This document shows positions 8,076-16,435 of a stretch of 64,000 nt of DNA, in pieces. A program made the translations under genes and the position numbers. The DNA is from Pseudomonadota bacterium (GTDB lineage: Bacteria; Pseudomonadota; Alphaproteobacteria; Rhodobacterales; Rhodobacteraceae). The stretch covers positions 317 through 64,316 of the forward strand of contig JBCBWF010000001.1 in the NCBI GenBank assembly GCA_039817245.1, in the 5' to 3' direction. The notes beneath the pieces are model-generated. The model had not been told where the DNA came from and searched no databases. It worked only from the letters and a program-made list of their open reading frames with translations. How positions within the stretch are numbered: position 1 is the first letter of the stretch; each line of letters begins with the position of its first letter.

Positions 8076-9263
8076 ATGAGCATCCTCAAGACCGCGTATG
8101 AGAAGGACCTCTACCCCGAGATCGAGGACGCCGGCGACAGCGATTTCGCACGCGACTGCGTGGAGATCGCCGCGACCCGGCTCGCCCGCGGGGAGATCGA
8201 CCGGCGCACCTTCCTCACGGCGCTCACGGCGCTCGGCGCGCTCTCCGCCGCGGGCATCGGCGGGGGCGCGAAAGCGGCCGAGGGTGAGATCGTGGTCGTC
8301 AACTGGGGCGGCCCGGCGGTCGACGCCTACTACAACGCCTTCGGGGTGCCCTTCGAGGGCGCGAGCGGGCTCAAGGTGGTGATCGATGGCACCGGCCCCC
8401 TGCTCTCCAAGATCCGCGCCATGGTGGAATCCGGCGCCGTCACCTGGGATGTGTGCGACACGGGCGCCGCGACGACGCTGGTGCTCGAGAAAGCCGGCGT
8501 GATCCAGGCGATCGACTATGCGGTTGTCGACAAGACCAAGGTGGTGAAGGACTACGCCTATGACTACGGCGTCGCCAACTACCTCTTCAGCTACATCCTC
8601 GCCTACAACAAGGCGAAGCTGGAGACAGCGCCGGCGAGCTGGGCCGACTTCTGGGACACCTCGAAGATCCCGGGCATGCGCACCCTCCGCAAGCAGCCCA
8701 ACGGCATGATCGAAGCGGCGATGTTCGCGGCCGGCAAATCGAAGGACGAGATCTACCCGATCGATCTCGACCTCGCGATGGAGAAGCTGAAGGAGATCCG
8801 CGACGACGTGATCGTCTGGGGGTCGGGCTCGCAGTCCCAGGAGTTGTTCCGCACCGGCGAGGTCGTGATGGGCAACATCTGGCACACCCGCGCCAACCTG
8901 CTGAACCGCGACATGAGCGGCGACGTGGTCTGGACCTGGAACGAGGGCATCGCCACCGCGGGCATGTGGAACGTGCCGAATGGCAACCCGGCCGGCACGG
9001 AGGCCGCCATGGCCTTCATCGCCTCCTCGCAGGACCCCGAGCAGCAGGTGGCACTCTTCGCCGCCATGGGCAACGGGCCGGCCAACCCGGCTGCCGCGCC
9101 GCTGGTGCCGGCCGACCGCCAGTTCGCCGATCCGGGCCAGCCGGGCAACTGGGCACTGCAGGTCAAGCAGGATGCGCGCTGGTATCAGGCGGAGAGCGGC
9201 AAGGGCGATCTCACCAACGACGCGCTCGCGCGGGAGCTCTATCTCGACGTGATGTCCGGCTGA
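8076..9263 (+). CDS. Polyamine-type ABC substrate-binding protein (PotD/PotF-like), Tat-exported
   Basis: Twin-arginine motif DRRTFL plus hydrophobic stretch; VVNWGG, SWADFWD and LRK motifs of this family; GGGAG RBS. Confidence 0.9.
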   Translation: MSILKTAYEKDLYPEIEDAGDSDFARDCVEIAATRLARGEIDRRTFLTALTALGALSAAGIGGGAKAAEGEIVVVNWGGPAVDAYYNAFGVPFEGASGLKVVIDGTGPLLSKIRAMVESGAVTWDVCDTGAATTLVLEKAGVIQAIDYAVVDKTKVVKDYAYDYGVANYLFSYILAYNKAKLETAPASWADFWDTSKIPGMRTLRKQPNGMIEAAMFAAGKSKDEIYPIDLDLAMEKLKEIRDDVIVWGSGSQSQELFRTGEVVMGNIWHTRANLLNRDMSGDVVWTWNEGIATAGMWNVPNGNPAGTEAAMAFIASSQDPEQQVALFAAMGNGPANPAAAPLVPADRQFADPGQPGNWALQVKQDARWYQAESGKGDLTNDALARELYLDVMSG

Positions 9264-9282
9264 GCCGCCGGCGGCCTGCGAG

Positions 9283-10119
9283 ATGACGGGAACGCTCCGG
9301 CTCAACTACTGGCTGCTGATCGCCCCGGCGCTCGGCGTGATGCTCGTGTTCTACGTCTTCCCGCTGGTCCAGGTGCTCTGGATGAGCGTCACCGAGCCCT
9401 ATCCGGGGCTGCAGAACTACGAGCGGCTGATGGAGCGGCGCACGCTCCATCGCATCTGGTGGACCACGCTGGAGATCTGCGTGCTGACCACCGCCATCAC
9501 CGTGGTACTCGGCTATGTCGTGGCCTATGCGATGGTGATGGTCGGCGAGGGGCAGCGCACGGGCATGATGTTCTGCCTCCTGCTCTCGCTCTGGCTGAGC
9601 GTGCTGGTGCGCGCCTTCGCCTGGGTCATGCTGCTCCGGAGCGAGGGGCTCGTGAACCAGGGGCTTGTGGCGACCGGCATCGTCGACGAACCCCTGAGGC
9701 TGGTGCGCAACCAGTTCGGGGTGATCGTCGGCATGGTGCATTTCATGCTGCCGCTCGCCACACTGCCGATCTACTCGAACATGTCCGGCATCGAGGCACG
9801 GCTCGTCTCGGCGGCACGCGGGCTCGGCGCCTCGCCGGCGCAGGCCTTCTGGCATGTGTTCCTGCCGCTCTCCAAGCCTGGGATCATCGCGGCGACGATC
9901 CTGGTCTTCGTCTTCTCGCTCGGCTTCTTCATCACACCCGCGCTCCTCGGCGGGGGCAAGGTGGTGATGATCTCGGAGTATATCCGCGTGAGCTTCGAGG
10001 AGACTTTGCGCTGGGGCGAGGCGACGATGCTCTCCACCGTGCTCCTCTTCGCGGTGCTTCTGGCGCTGGGGCTGGTGGCGCGGTTCGTCGATCTCCGCCA
10101 GGTTTTCGGTGCGCGATGA
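9283..10119 (+). CDS. ABC permease (PotB-like)
   Basis: Multiple TM helices; EAA loop LVSAARGLGA; FITPALLGG. Confidence 0.9.
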   Translation: MTGTLRLNYWLLIAPALGVMLVFYVFPLVQVLWMSVTEPYPGLQNYERLMERRTLHRIWWTTLEICVLTTAITVVLGYVVAYAMVMVGEGQRTGMMFCLLLSLWLSVLVRAFAWVMLLRSEGLVNQGLVATGIVDEPLRLVRNQFGVIVGMVHFMLPLATLPIYSNMSGIEARLVSAARGLGASPAQAFWHVFLPLSKPGIIAATILVFVFSLGFFITPALLGGGKVVMISEYIRVSFEETLRWGEATMLSTVLLFAVLLALGLVARFVDLRQVFGAR

Positions 10120-10934
10120 AGGATCCGCGCGTCCGCTTCGGCCGGTATTTCGCGCTCGGGCTCGCCTGGACGGTGCTGGGCTTTCTCGTGCTGCCGATGA
10201 TCATCGTGGTGCCGGTCTCGCTGACGGACCAGTACTACCTGTCGCTGCCGCAGGAGCGCCTTTCGCTCGAGCACTACCGGGCCTTCTTCGAGAAGGAGAT
10301 CTGGATCTCCGCGACGATCGACAGCCTGGTCATCGCCGTCGCGGCCACGATCCTCGCGGTGCTGCTCGGCACGCTCTGCGCGATCGGCTGCTGGCGGCTT
10401 GCCTCGGGTGCCGCGGAGGCGGTGCGGATCTTCATGCTGACGCCGATCATCGTGCCGGTGATCGTGCAGGCGCTGGCGATCTATCGGTTCTGGATCGATC
10501 TCGGGCTGATCGACACCTATCTGGGCGCGATCATCGCGCATACGCTGATCGCGATCCCTTACGTCGTGATCACTGTCTCGGCCGCGCTCTCGAACTTCGA
10601 CCCGCGCATCGAGCAGGCTGCGCGCAATCTCGGGGCCAACACCTCGCAGACCGTGCGCCTCGTCATCCTGCCCTCGATCATGCCGGGGGTGCTCTCCGGC
10701 GCGCTCTTCGCCTTCACGATCTCCTTCGACGAGATCGTGATGATGCTCTTCATCACCAGCCGGGCCGTCTACACGCTGCCCAAGCGCATCTGGAACGGCA
10801 TTCAGGACCATCTCGATCCCACGATCGCGGCAGTGGCGACGATGCTGATGGTGCTGACGGCGCTGCTCCTGCTGATCGAGCTCTGGACAAGGCGGCGCCG
10901 GCGCGCCCGGCTCGCGGCCATCGCGGAGGAATGA
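10116..10934 (+). CDS. ABC permease (PotC-like)
   Basis: Starts MKDPRVRF with an ATGA overlap; EAA loop IEQAARNLGA; SFDE; TLPK. Confidence 0.9.
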   Translation: MKDPRVRFGRYFALGLAWTVLGFLVLPMIIVVPVSLTDQYYLSLPQERLSLEHYRAFFEKEIWISATIDSLVIAVAATILAVLLGTLCAIGCWRLASGAAEAVRIFMLTPIIVPVIVQALAIYRFWIDLGLIDTYLGAIIAHTLIAIPYVVITVSAALSNFDPRIEQAARNLGANTSQTVRLVILPSIMPGVLSGALFAFTISFDEIVMMLFITSRAVYTLPKRIWNGIQDHLDPTIAAVATMLMVLTALLLLIELWTRRRRRARLAAIAEE

Positions 10935-10938
10935 GCCC

Positions 10939-12561
10939 ATGACCGAGCCCTACGAGCCCATCCCGCCCGCGCCGATGACGCCGGCGAAGCAGACCGCGTT
11001 GGACTGGATCGAGGCGGCGGCACCTGCGCTCTCCGAGGATCACATGACCCTCTGGCATTTCCACGAGCCCGCCTGGCGCGAATACCGGTCGGCGGCCTGG
11101 TACGTGGCGCGGCTGCGCGCCGAGGGCTTCGAGGTCGAGGAAGGCTCTGCCGGGATGCCAACGGCCTTCGCCGCGCGTTGGTCGAACGGCGAAGGGCCCA
11201 CCATCGGGGCGTATGCGGAGTATGACGCCGTGCCCGGCTGCAGCCAGGAGGCCGTGCCCTACCGCAAGCCCCGCGCCGGCACCCACCCCTCCGCTGCGGG
11301 CCACACGGATCCGCATTCCGCGCTCGGCATGGGCGGGCTCACGGGGGTCCTCGCCCTGAAGGCGGCGATGGCGGCGCATGACATTCCCGGCACCATCGCC
11401 TTTTTCGGCGAGCCGGCGGAGAAGATGTGCGGCTCCAAGCCCATCCATGCGAGCCACGGCTACTACGACACGCTGGACGCGGCGATCAGCTTTCATCCGA
11501 CCTCCCTGCCCGCGCTTTCGAACACGGTGATCTGGGAGACCCATTGCGGCTGCTACTGGTCGAAGGTCTTCACTTTCACCTGCCCGGAGCCGCAGGACTG
11601 GGGCGGCTCGGGCGACCGCAAGGGGCTGCAGAACTACCACGCCGTCGCACGCGCGCCGGCGGCACAGGACGCGCTCGTGCAGATGTATGCGCTGACGCAG
11701 GCGACGAAGGAGAACATGCTGCCCCACACGGGTAGCTGGACCCTGAACGAAGCGATCCTGGCGGGCGGATTTGCAACTTCCGACAACCTGCCGCCGCGCT
11801 TTGCACAGCTGCAATATGCCTGGCGCTGCCCCTCCATAGACATGGCCGAGGCGATCGACCGGGTGCTGGAGCACAACGCCGCGCATATCGCCGCGCTGAC
11901 CCACTGCGATGTCGAGAGCGGCTGGGTGACGCGCACGCGCCCGGGGCTCGCCAACCACGCCCTCGCGGCGACCACCTATGCGAATTTCGCGCTGGTGGGT
12001 CCGCCGACCTTCCCGGAGGCCGCGCGCGCCTTCGGGCGGGAGATCCAGAAGAGCCTCGGCCTCGCGCCGGATCCCGACCCGTTCCCGGACAACATGGAAG
12101 CGCTCGTCGACCCGCGTGCGGGCGAGGCCATGATCCGCGCCATCCTGCCGCCCTGGCAGACCAACTACACCTCGGACGACTATACGGACTACACATGGCA
12201 CGCGCCGACCGTGCGCCTCTATGTGGGCCGCCCGGTGATCCGTCCGCTGACCAGCGGACGGGTGACGCCGCACTGGTGCCGCTGGGCGCTCGGCGGCGTT
12301 CCGGCGGCGATGGATCCGATGTTCCTGACCGCGGGACGCGTGATCGCGACGACAGCGCTCGACCTCCTGACAGACGGCACCTCGCTCGCCGCGGCACGCG
12401 CGGAGTTCGAGCGGCGCACCGGCGGCGGCATCGACGGCTCCGCCTGGATCCCGCCGCTTCTGGGGCCGAACGCGCCTGCGCCGGTCCACTACCCCTGGCC
12501 CGAATATGTGGAGACCGGACGCGGGGCGGACTGGTGTGTGCCCGCCCGGCCGGGCGATTGA
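10939..12561 (+). CDS. M20-family amidohydrolase, AbgB (p-aminobenzoyl-glutamate hydrolase subunit B)-like
   Basis: FHEPAWREY, GMPTAFAA, AEYDAVPG, GEPAE, FHP and SDD motifs, colinear with AbgB-type proteins. Confidence 0.82.
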   Translation: MTEPYEPIPPAPMTPAKQTALDWIEAAAPALSEDHMTLWHFHEPAWREYRSAAWYVARLRAEGFEVEEGSAGMPTAFAARWSNGEGPTIGAYAEYDAVPGCSQEAVPYRKPRAGTHPSAAGHTDPHSALGMGGLTGVLALKAAMAAHDIPGTIAFFGEPAEKMCGSKPIHASHGYYDTLDAAISFHPTSLPALSNTVIWETHCGCYWSKVFTFTCPEPQDWGGSGDRKGLQNYHAVARAPAAQDALVQMYALTQATKENMLPHTGSWTLNEAILAGGFATSDNLPPRFAQLQYAWRCPSIDMAEAIDRVLEHNAAHIAALTHCDVESGWVTRTRPGLANHALAATTYANFALVGPPTFPEAARAFGREIQKSLGLAPDPDPFPDNMEALVDPRAGEAMIRAILPPWQTNYTSDDYTDYTWHAPTVRLYVGRPVIRPLTSGRVTPHWCRWALGGVPAAMDPMFLTAGRVIATTALDLLTDGTSLAAARAEFERRTGGGIDGSAWIPPLLGPNAPAPVHYPWPEYVETGRGADWCVPARPGD

Positions 12562-12691
12562 TCGAAACGCCCGCCGATGGTCCCGGCCCCCGAGCCGGGA
12601 CCTCCTTGACAACCGCCTCAGGGAGGGCCCGGCTCGGCGGCCGGGGCCCGCGACGGGCCGCAGCGAAGACAACAAGACGAGGGAGACCGGG

Positions 12692-13705
12692 ATGAGCGGC
12701 GCCGTCAGCGAGTTCGAATACCGCTACAACATGACTATCCGCAGCTTTCCGAGCCATGCGGATCCCAGCTTCGAGAGCGCCGGACAGCAGGAGACGGTCT
12801 GGGGCCGGCGCTGGGGTTGCGACAACGATGTCGGCACGCTGCGCATGGTGCTGATGCACCGCCCCGGCGACGAGATGGCCGTGATCGACCCGGAGAAGCG
12901 CATCGAGCGGCTCAACTCCTACGGCGACGAAGCGGGGCAGACCTGGTACTGGCGCGGCAACCGGCTCCCCGATCTCGCCGCCCAGCAGGCCCAGCACGAC
13001 GCGCTCACCGCCGCCCTGCGGGCCGAGGGCGTGGAGGTCGTGCTGATCGACCGCGCCGGCCCCGGCAAGCACAAGCAGATCTACACGCGTGACAGCTGCA
13101 TCGGCGTCCAGGGCGGCGCCATCGTCACCCGGCTCGGGCCCATCGTGCGCCGGGGCGAGGAAGCCCCGGTCACCCAGGCGCTCGCCCGGGTCGGCTGCCC
13201 GATCCTGCGGACCATCAACGGGCGCGGGCTGATGGAGGGCGGCAGTTTCGTCTGGCTCCGCCCGGGCCTCGCGGTCATCGGCCGCTCCAGCCGCGTCAAC
13301 GAGGAGGGTGCACGCCAGGTGGAGGAGGTGCTGCGCGAGGCCGGCGCCGAGCTCATCCGCGTCGACCTGACCGGCTACAGGCTCCATATCGACGGCGCCC
13401 TGGTGATGATCGACGCCGATACCGCCATCACCAACCCCACGCAGCTCCCCTTCTGGTTCCTGGAGAAGCTCGATGCGCTCGGCATCCGGCAGATCGAGGT
13501 GCACCCCGACGATGCCGTCGGTTGCCTCAACTGCCTCGCCGTGCGCCCGGGGCGGGTCATCATGCAGGCGGGACTCTCGCCGCGCACGGCGGACCGGCTC
13601 GACCGGCTCGGTATCGAGATCGTGCCGGTCGACTACGATCTCGTCTACGAGGGCGGCGGCGGCATCCACTGCTCCACCTCGCCACTCATCCGCGACCCGC
13701 TGTGA
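12692..13705 (+). CDS. Amidinotransferase/arginine-deiminase superfamily hydrolase (DDAH-like)
   Basis: DVGTLRMVLMHRPG, YTRD, EGGS, LHID and GGGGIHCSTSP give the Asp-His-Cys triad; GAGGGAG RBS before ATG 12692. Confidence 0.88.
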   Translation: MSGAVSEFEYRYNMTIRSFPSHADPSFESAGQQETVWGRRWGCDNDVGTLRMVLMHRPGDEMAVIDPEKRIERLNSYGDEAGQTWYWRGNRLPDLAAQQAQHDALTAALRAEGVEVVLIDRAGPGKHKQIYTRDSCIGVQGGAIVTRLGPIVRRGEEAPVTQALARVGCPILRTINGRGLMEGGSFVWLRPGLAVIGRSSRVNEEGARQVEEVLREAGAELIRVDLTGYRLHIDGALVMIDADTAITNPTQLPFWFLEKLDALGIRQIEVHPDDAVGCLNCLAVRPGRVIMQAGLSPRTADRLDRLGIEIVPVDYDLVYEGGGGIHCSTSPLIRDPL

Positions 13706-14655
13706 CCTCCGCTCTGGAGGCGCGCGGCCTCTTCCGCCCGGTCGGCAGCTTTCTCGGGGTGGAGCAGACGCGGGATCTCTCGGGTGCGCGGGCGGCGATC
13801 CTCGGCCTGCCCTTCGATGCCGGCACCCATCCGCGCCGGGTGGGTGCGCGCCTCGGGCCGGCGGCAATCCGCATGATGTCGACCGACATGGTGCGCCACC
13901 ACCGGCCGCAGCATGCCGACGACCGCGATCCGGTGCGCGCGCTCGGCCTCGTCGATCTCGGCGATGTCGATGTGGTGCATGGCGATACGGACGCCTCGCT
14001 CGCGCGCATGGCGGAGGCGATCGGAGCCGTGGCCGATGCCGGAACCGTCCCGATCGGGCTCGGCGGCGACGGGATGGTCAGCGTACCGGCGATGACTGCG
14101 CTCGGCGCGCGCCATCCGGGCCTCGCGGTCATCCATTTCGACAGCCACACGGACGCCTATCCAGAGCCCGGCCAGGGCAACGCGCTGCATCTCGGCCCCG
14201 CCACGACCTTCGCGCATGCGGCCGAGCGGGGGCTGGTGGATCCGCGCGCCTCGATCCATGCGGGGCTGCGCGGCTTCGCCTATGTCCCGGGCGTCTTCGC
14301 CCATGCGGAGCGGCTCGGCTACCACGTGATGGCCATGGACGAGATCGAGAACGACGGCATTCCGGCCGCCATTGCGCGCATCCGTGCCGTCGTCGGCGAC
14401 CGGCCGGTCTTTCTCTGCTGGGACATGGACGTGTTCGACCCGGCGACCGCCCCCGGTGTCTTCACGCCGGCCTGGGGCGGGCTCACGGCGCGCGAGGGGC
14501 TTGCCCTCATCCGCGGGCTCTCGGGGCTGAACATCGTGGGCTGCGACGTGAACACCACCACGCCGAGCTTCGATGTCCAGGGGCAGACGGCGTGGCTCGC
14601 GGCCACCGTCGTGATGGAGTTCTGCTACCTGCTCGCGGAGCGATTGCGCGCATGA
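13702..14655 (+). CDS. Ureohydrolase (agmatinase/guanidino-acid hydrolase family), atypical
   Basis: GLPFD, GARLGPAAIR, HFDSHTD, WDMDVFDP, PGVFTP..GG; GGDG in place of GGDH. GTGA overlap with the upstream gene. Confidence 0.88.
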   Translation: MTSALEARGLFRPVGSFLGVEQTRDLSGARAAILGLPFDAGTHPRRVGARLGPAAIRMMSTDMVRHHRPQHADDRDPVRALGLVDLGDVDVVHGDTDASLARMAEAIGAVADAGTVPIGLGGDGMVSVPAMTALGARHPGLAVIHFDSHTDAYPEPGQGNALHLGPATTFAHAAERGLVDPRASIHAGLRGFAYVPGVFAHAERLGYHVMAMDEIENDGIPAAIARIRAVVGDRPVFLCWDMDVFDPATAPGVFTPAWGGLTAREGLALIRGLSGLNIVGCDVNTTTPSFDVQGQTAWLAATVVMEFCYLLAERLRA

Positions 14656-15602
14656 AAGGCGCGCTCGGCATGGGTCTCGGGGCCTATGCCCCGGTCATGG
14701 TGACCGTCACGCTCTGGTCCTTCCAGATCCCGGCGCTCCACCATCTCGGCATGCGCTGGGACCCGGCCACGCTCAACGTCCTGCGCTACATCATTGCGGC
14801 TGCCGCTTTTCTTGCGATCGCAGCGATGGCGCGACGCAGTCCCGCCGGCCCGACGCAGCCGCCTCTCGGGCCGTTACGGGGCCTCGGCCTCGGCGCGCTC
14901 TTCGCCGGGTTCGGGCTTCTCTTCACGGTGGCCACGACCATCGGAGACCCGATCATGGTGGTCACAGCGGCGGCGTTGATGCCGCTCACCGCGAGCCTCG
15001 TGAACTGGGTGGTGCTCGGCACACCGCCTTCCATGCCGCTTGTCGCGGCACTCTTTCTCGTCGTTCCGGGCGCGGCCCTCACCACCCCCGCCGGTCCCGC
15101 GCTGGAGGGCGACGCAGCGGGATGGCCCGTCGCCGGACTGCTCCTGATCCTGCTGGCGCAGGCCGTGTGGAGCCTCTACTCGCTCAGCGTCCAGCGCTGG
15201 CTCGAGGGCCACTCGAACCTCGCGCGCACCCGGCTCTCGGTGCTCTGGTCGATCCCGTACCACGCGCTCGTCTTCGTGCTGGCAGCAGGGTTGGGGCTGC
15301 TTCGGGCCGATGCGGAGGTGGCGCCGATGACCGACGGTATCCTGATCGTCGCGATCACGCTCGGCCCCCTCGTGCTGGGGGTGATGCTCTGGAACCTCAG
15401 CGTCACGCGGATCGGCCTGCCGGTCTCGGCGCTCTTTCTCAATCTCGTGCCGGTGCTCGGGGTTGGCGTGGCCACGCTTTTCGGCAGCACGCCCGATGGC
15501 TGGCAGCTCCTCGGCGTCGCACTCGTCATCCTCGGCATGGGCGCCGCGCAGTATCGCCGGCGCGATGTGACCGAAGGACGACCGACCGTGCCCCGGGCCT
15601 GA
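14652..15602 (+). CDS. DMT/EamA-family transporter
   Basis: About 10 hydrophobic helices in two repeats; LRY and FLNLVPV motifs; ATGA overlap. Confidence 0.8.
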   Translation: MKGALGMGLGAYAPVMVTVTLWSFQIPALHHLGMRWDPATLNVLRYIIAAAAFLAIAAMARRSPAGPTQPPLGPLRGLGLGALFAGFGLLFTVATTIGDPIMVVTAAALMPLTASLVNWVVLGTPPSMPLVAALFLVVPGAALTTPAGPALEGDAAGWPVAGLLLILLAQAVWSLYSLSVQRWLEGHSNLARTRLSVLWSIPYHALVFVLAAGLGLLRADAEVAPMTDGILIVAITLGPLVLGVMLWNLSVTRIGLPVSALFLNLVPVLGVGVATLFGSTPDGWQLLGVALVILGMGAAQYRRRDVTEGRPTVPRA

Positions 15603-15666
15603 GCCGCGCTCTCGCCGGCGCGTGCTTTCGGCGCTAGGCTCGGCGCAGCAGCAAAAGGAGACCGCT

Positions 15667-16425
15667 ATGCCGGACGACCAGACCCTCTCCGAAGCGCTCG
15701 CCGTGAAGCGGCGCGACCTGGCGGCCGCCTACCGGCTGATCGCCCATTTCGGCTATGACGACGGGATCTACACGCATATCTCCGCCCGTATCGACGAGGG
15801 GCGCTTCCTGCTCAATCCGTTCGGGCTGAGCTTCGACGAGGTGCGCGCCTCCAACCTCGTGACGATCGACGAGGAAGGCCGGGTGCTGGACGACCCGCTC
15901 GGCAACGGCGTGAACGCGGCGGGCTTCACCATCCATTCCGCCGTGCATATGGCGCGGCACGATGTGGACTGCGTGGCGCACACGCATACCGTGGCGGGCG
16001 TCGCGGTTTCGAGCCAGGAAGAGGGGCTCCTGCCGCTGAACCAGTGGTCACTCCAGTTCTACGGCGGCATCGCGTTTCACGACTATGAGGGGATCGCGCT
16101 CGATCTGGATGAGCGCGAGCGGCTGGTCGCCGATCTCGGCCCGCACTACACGATGATCCTGAGGAATCACGGACTCCTGACCTGCGGGCGGAGCGTGGGC
16201 GAGGCGATCAAGCTGATCCTGAACCTAGAGCGGAGCTGCAAGGCGCAGGTGGCGGCGCTCGCTGGCAACCGGCCGCTGCGCATCCCGCCGCAGGAGGTCT
16301 GCGAGAAGACCGCCGCGCAGTATCGCGACGGTGCGGATGCGGTGGCGAGCGGCGAGCGGCCCGACCACCAGTGGGCCGCCTATCTGCGCCTCCTCGACCG
16401 CGTCGCGCCGGACTACAAGGACTGA
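15667..16425 (+). CDS. Class II aldolase/adducin-family protein
   Basis: THISAR, IHSAVH, AHTHT, LRNHG zinc-ligand motifs; AAGGAG RBS. Confidence 0.9.
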   Translation: MPDDQTLSEALAVKRRDLAAAYRLIAHFGYDDGIYTHISARIDEGRFLLNPFGLSFDEVRASNLVTIDEEGRVLDDPLGNGVNAAGFTIHSAVHMARHDVDCVAHTHTVAGVAVSSQEEGLLPLNQWSLQFYGGIAFHDYEGIALDLDERERLVADLGPHYTMILRNHGLLTCGRSVGEAIKLILNLERSCKAQVAALAGNRPLRIPPQEVCEKTAAQYRDGADAVASGERPDHQWAAYLRLLDRVAPDYKD

Positions 16426-16435
16426 CGCGCCGGCT

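Noticed and set aside
12562-12691. Possible guanidine riboswitch upstream of the DDAH-like gene (ACAAGACG, GC hairpins, TTGACA)
   Set aside because: No ykkC-I core, no paired ACGR tetraloops (class II) and no pseudoknot complement for class III; the A/C-rich run looks like an ordinary pre-RBS leader.
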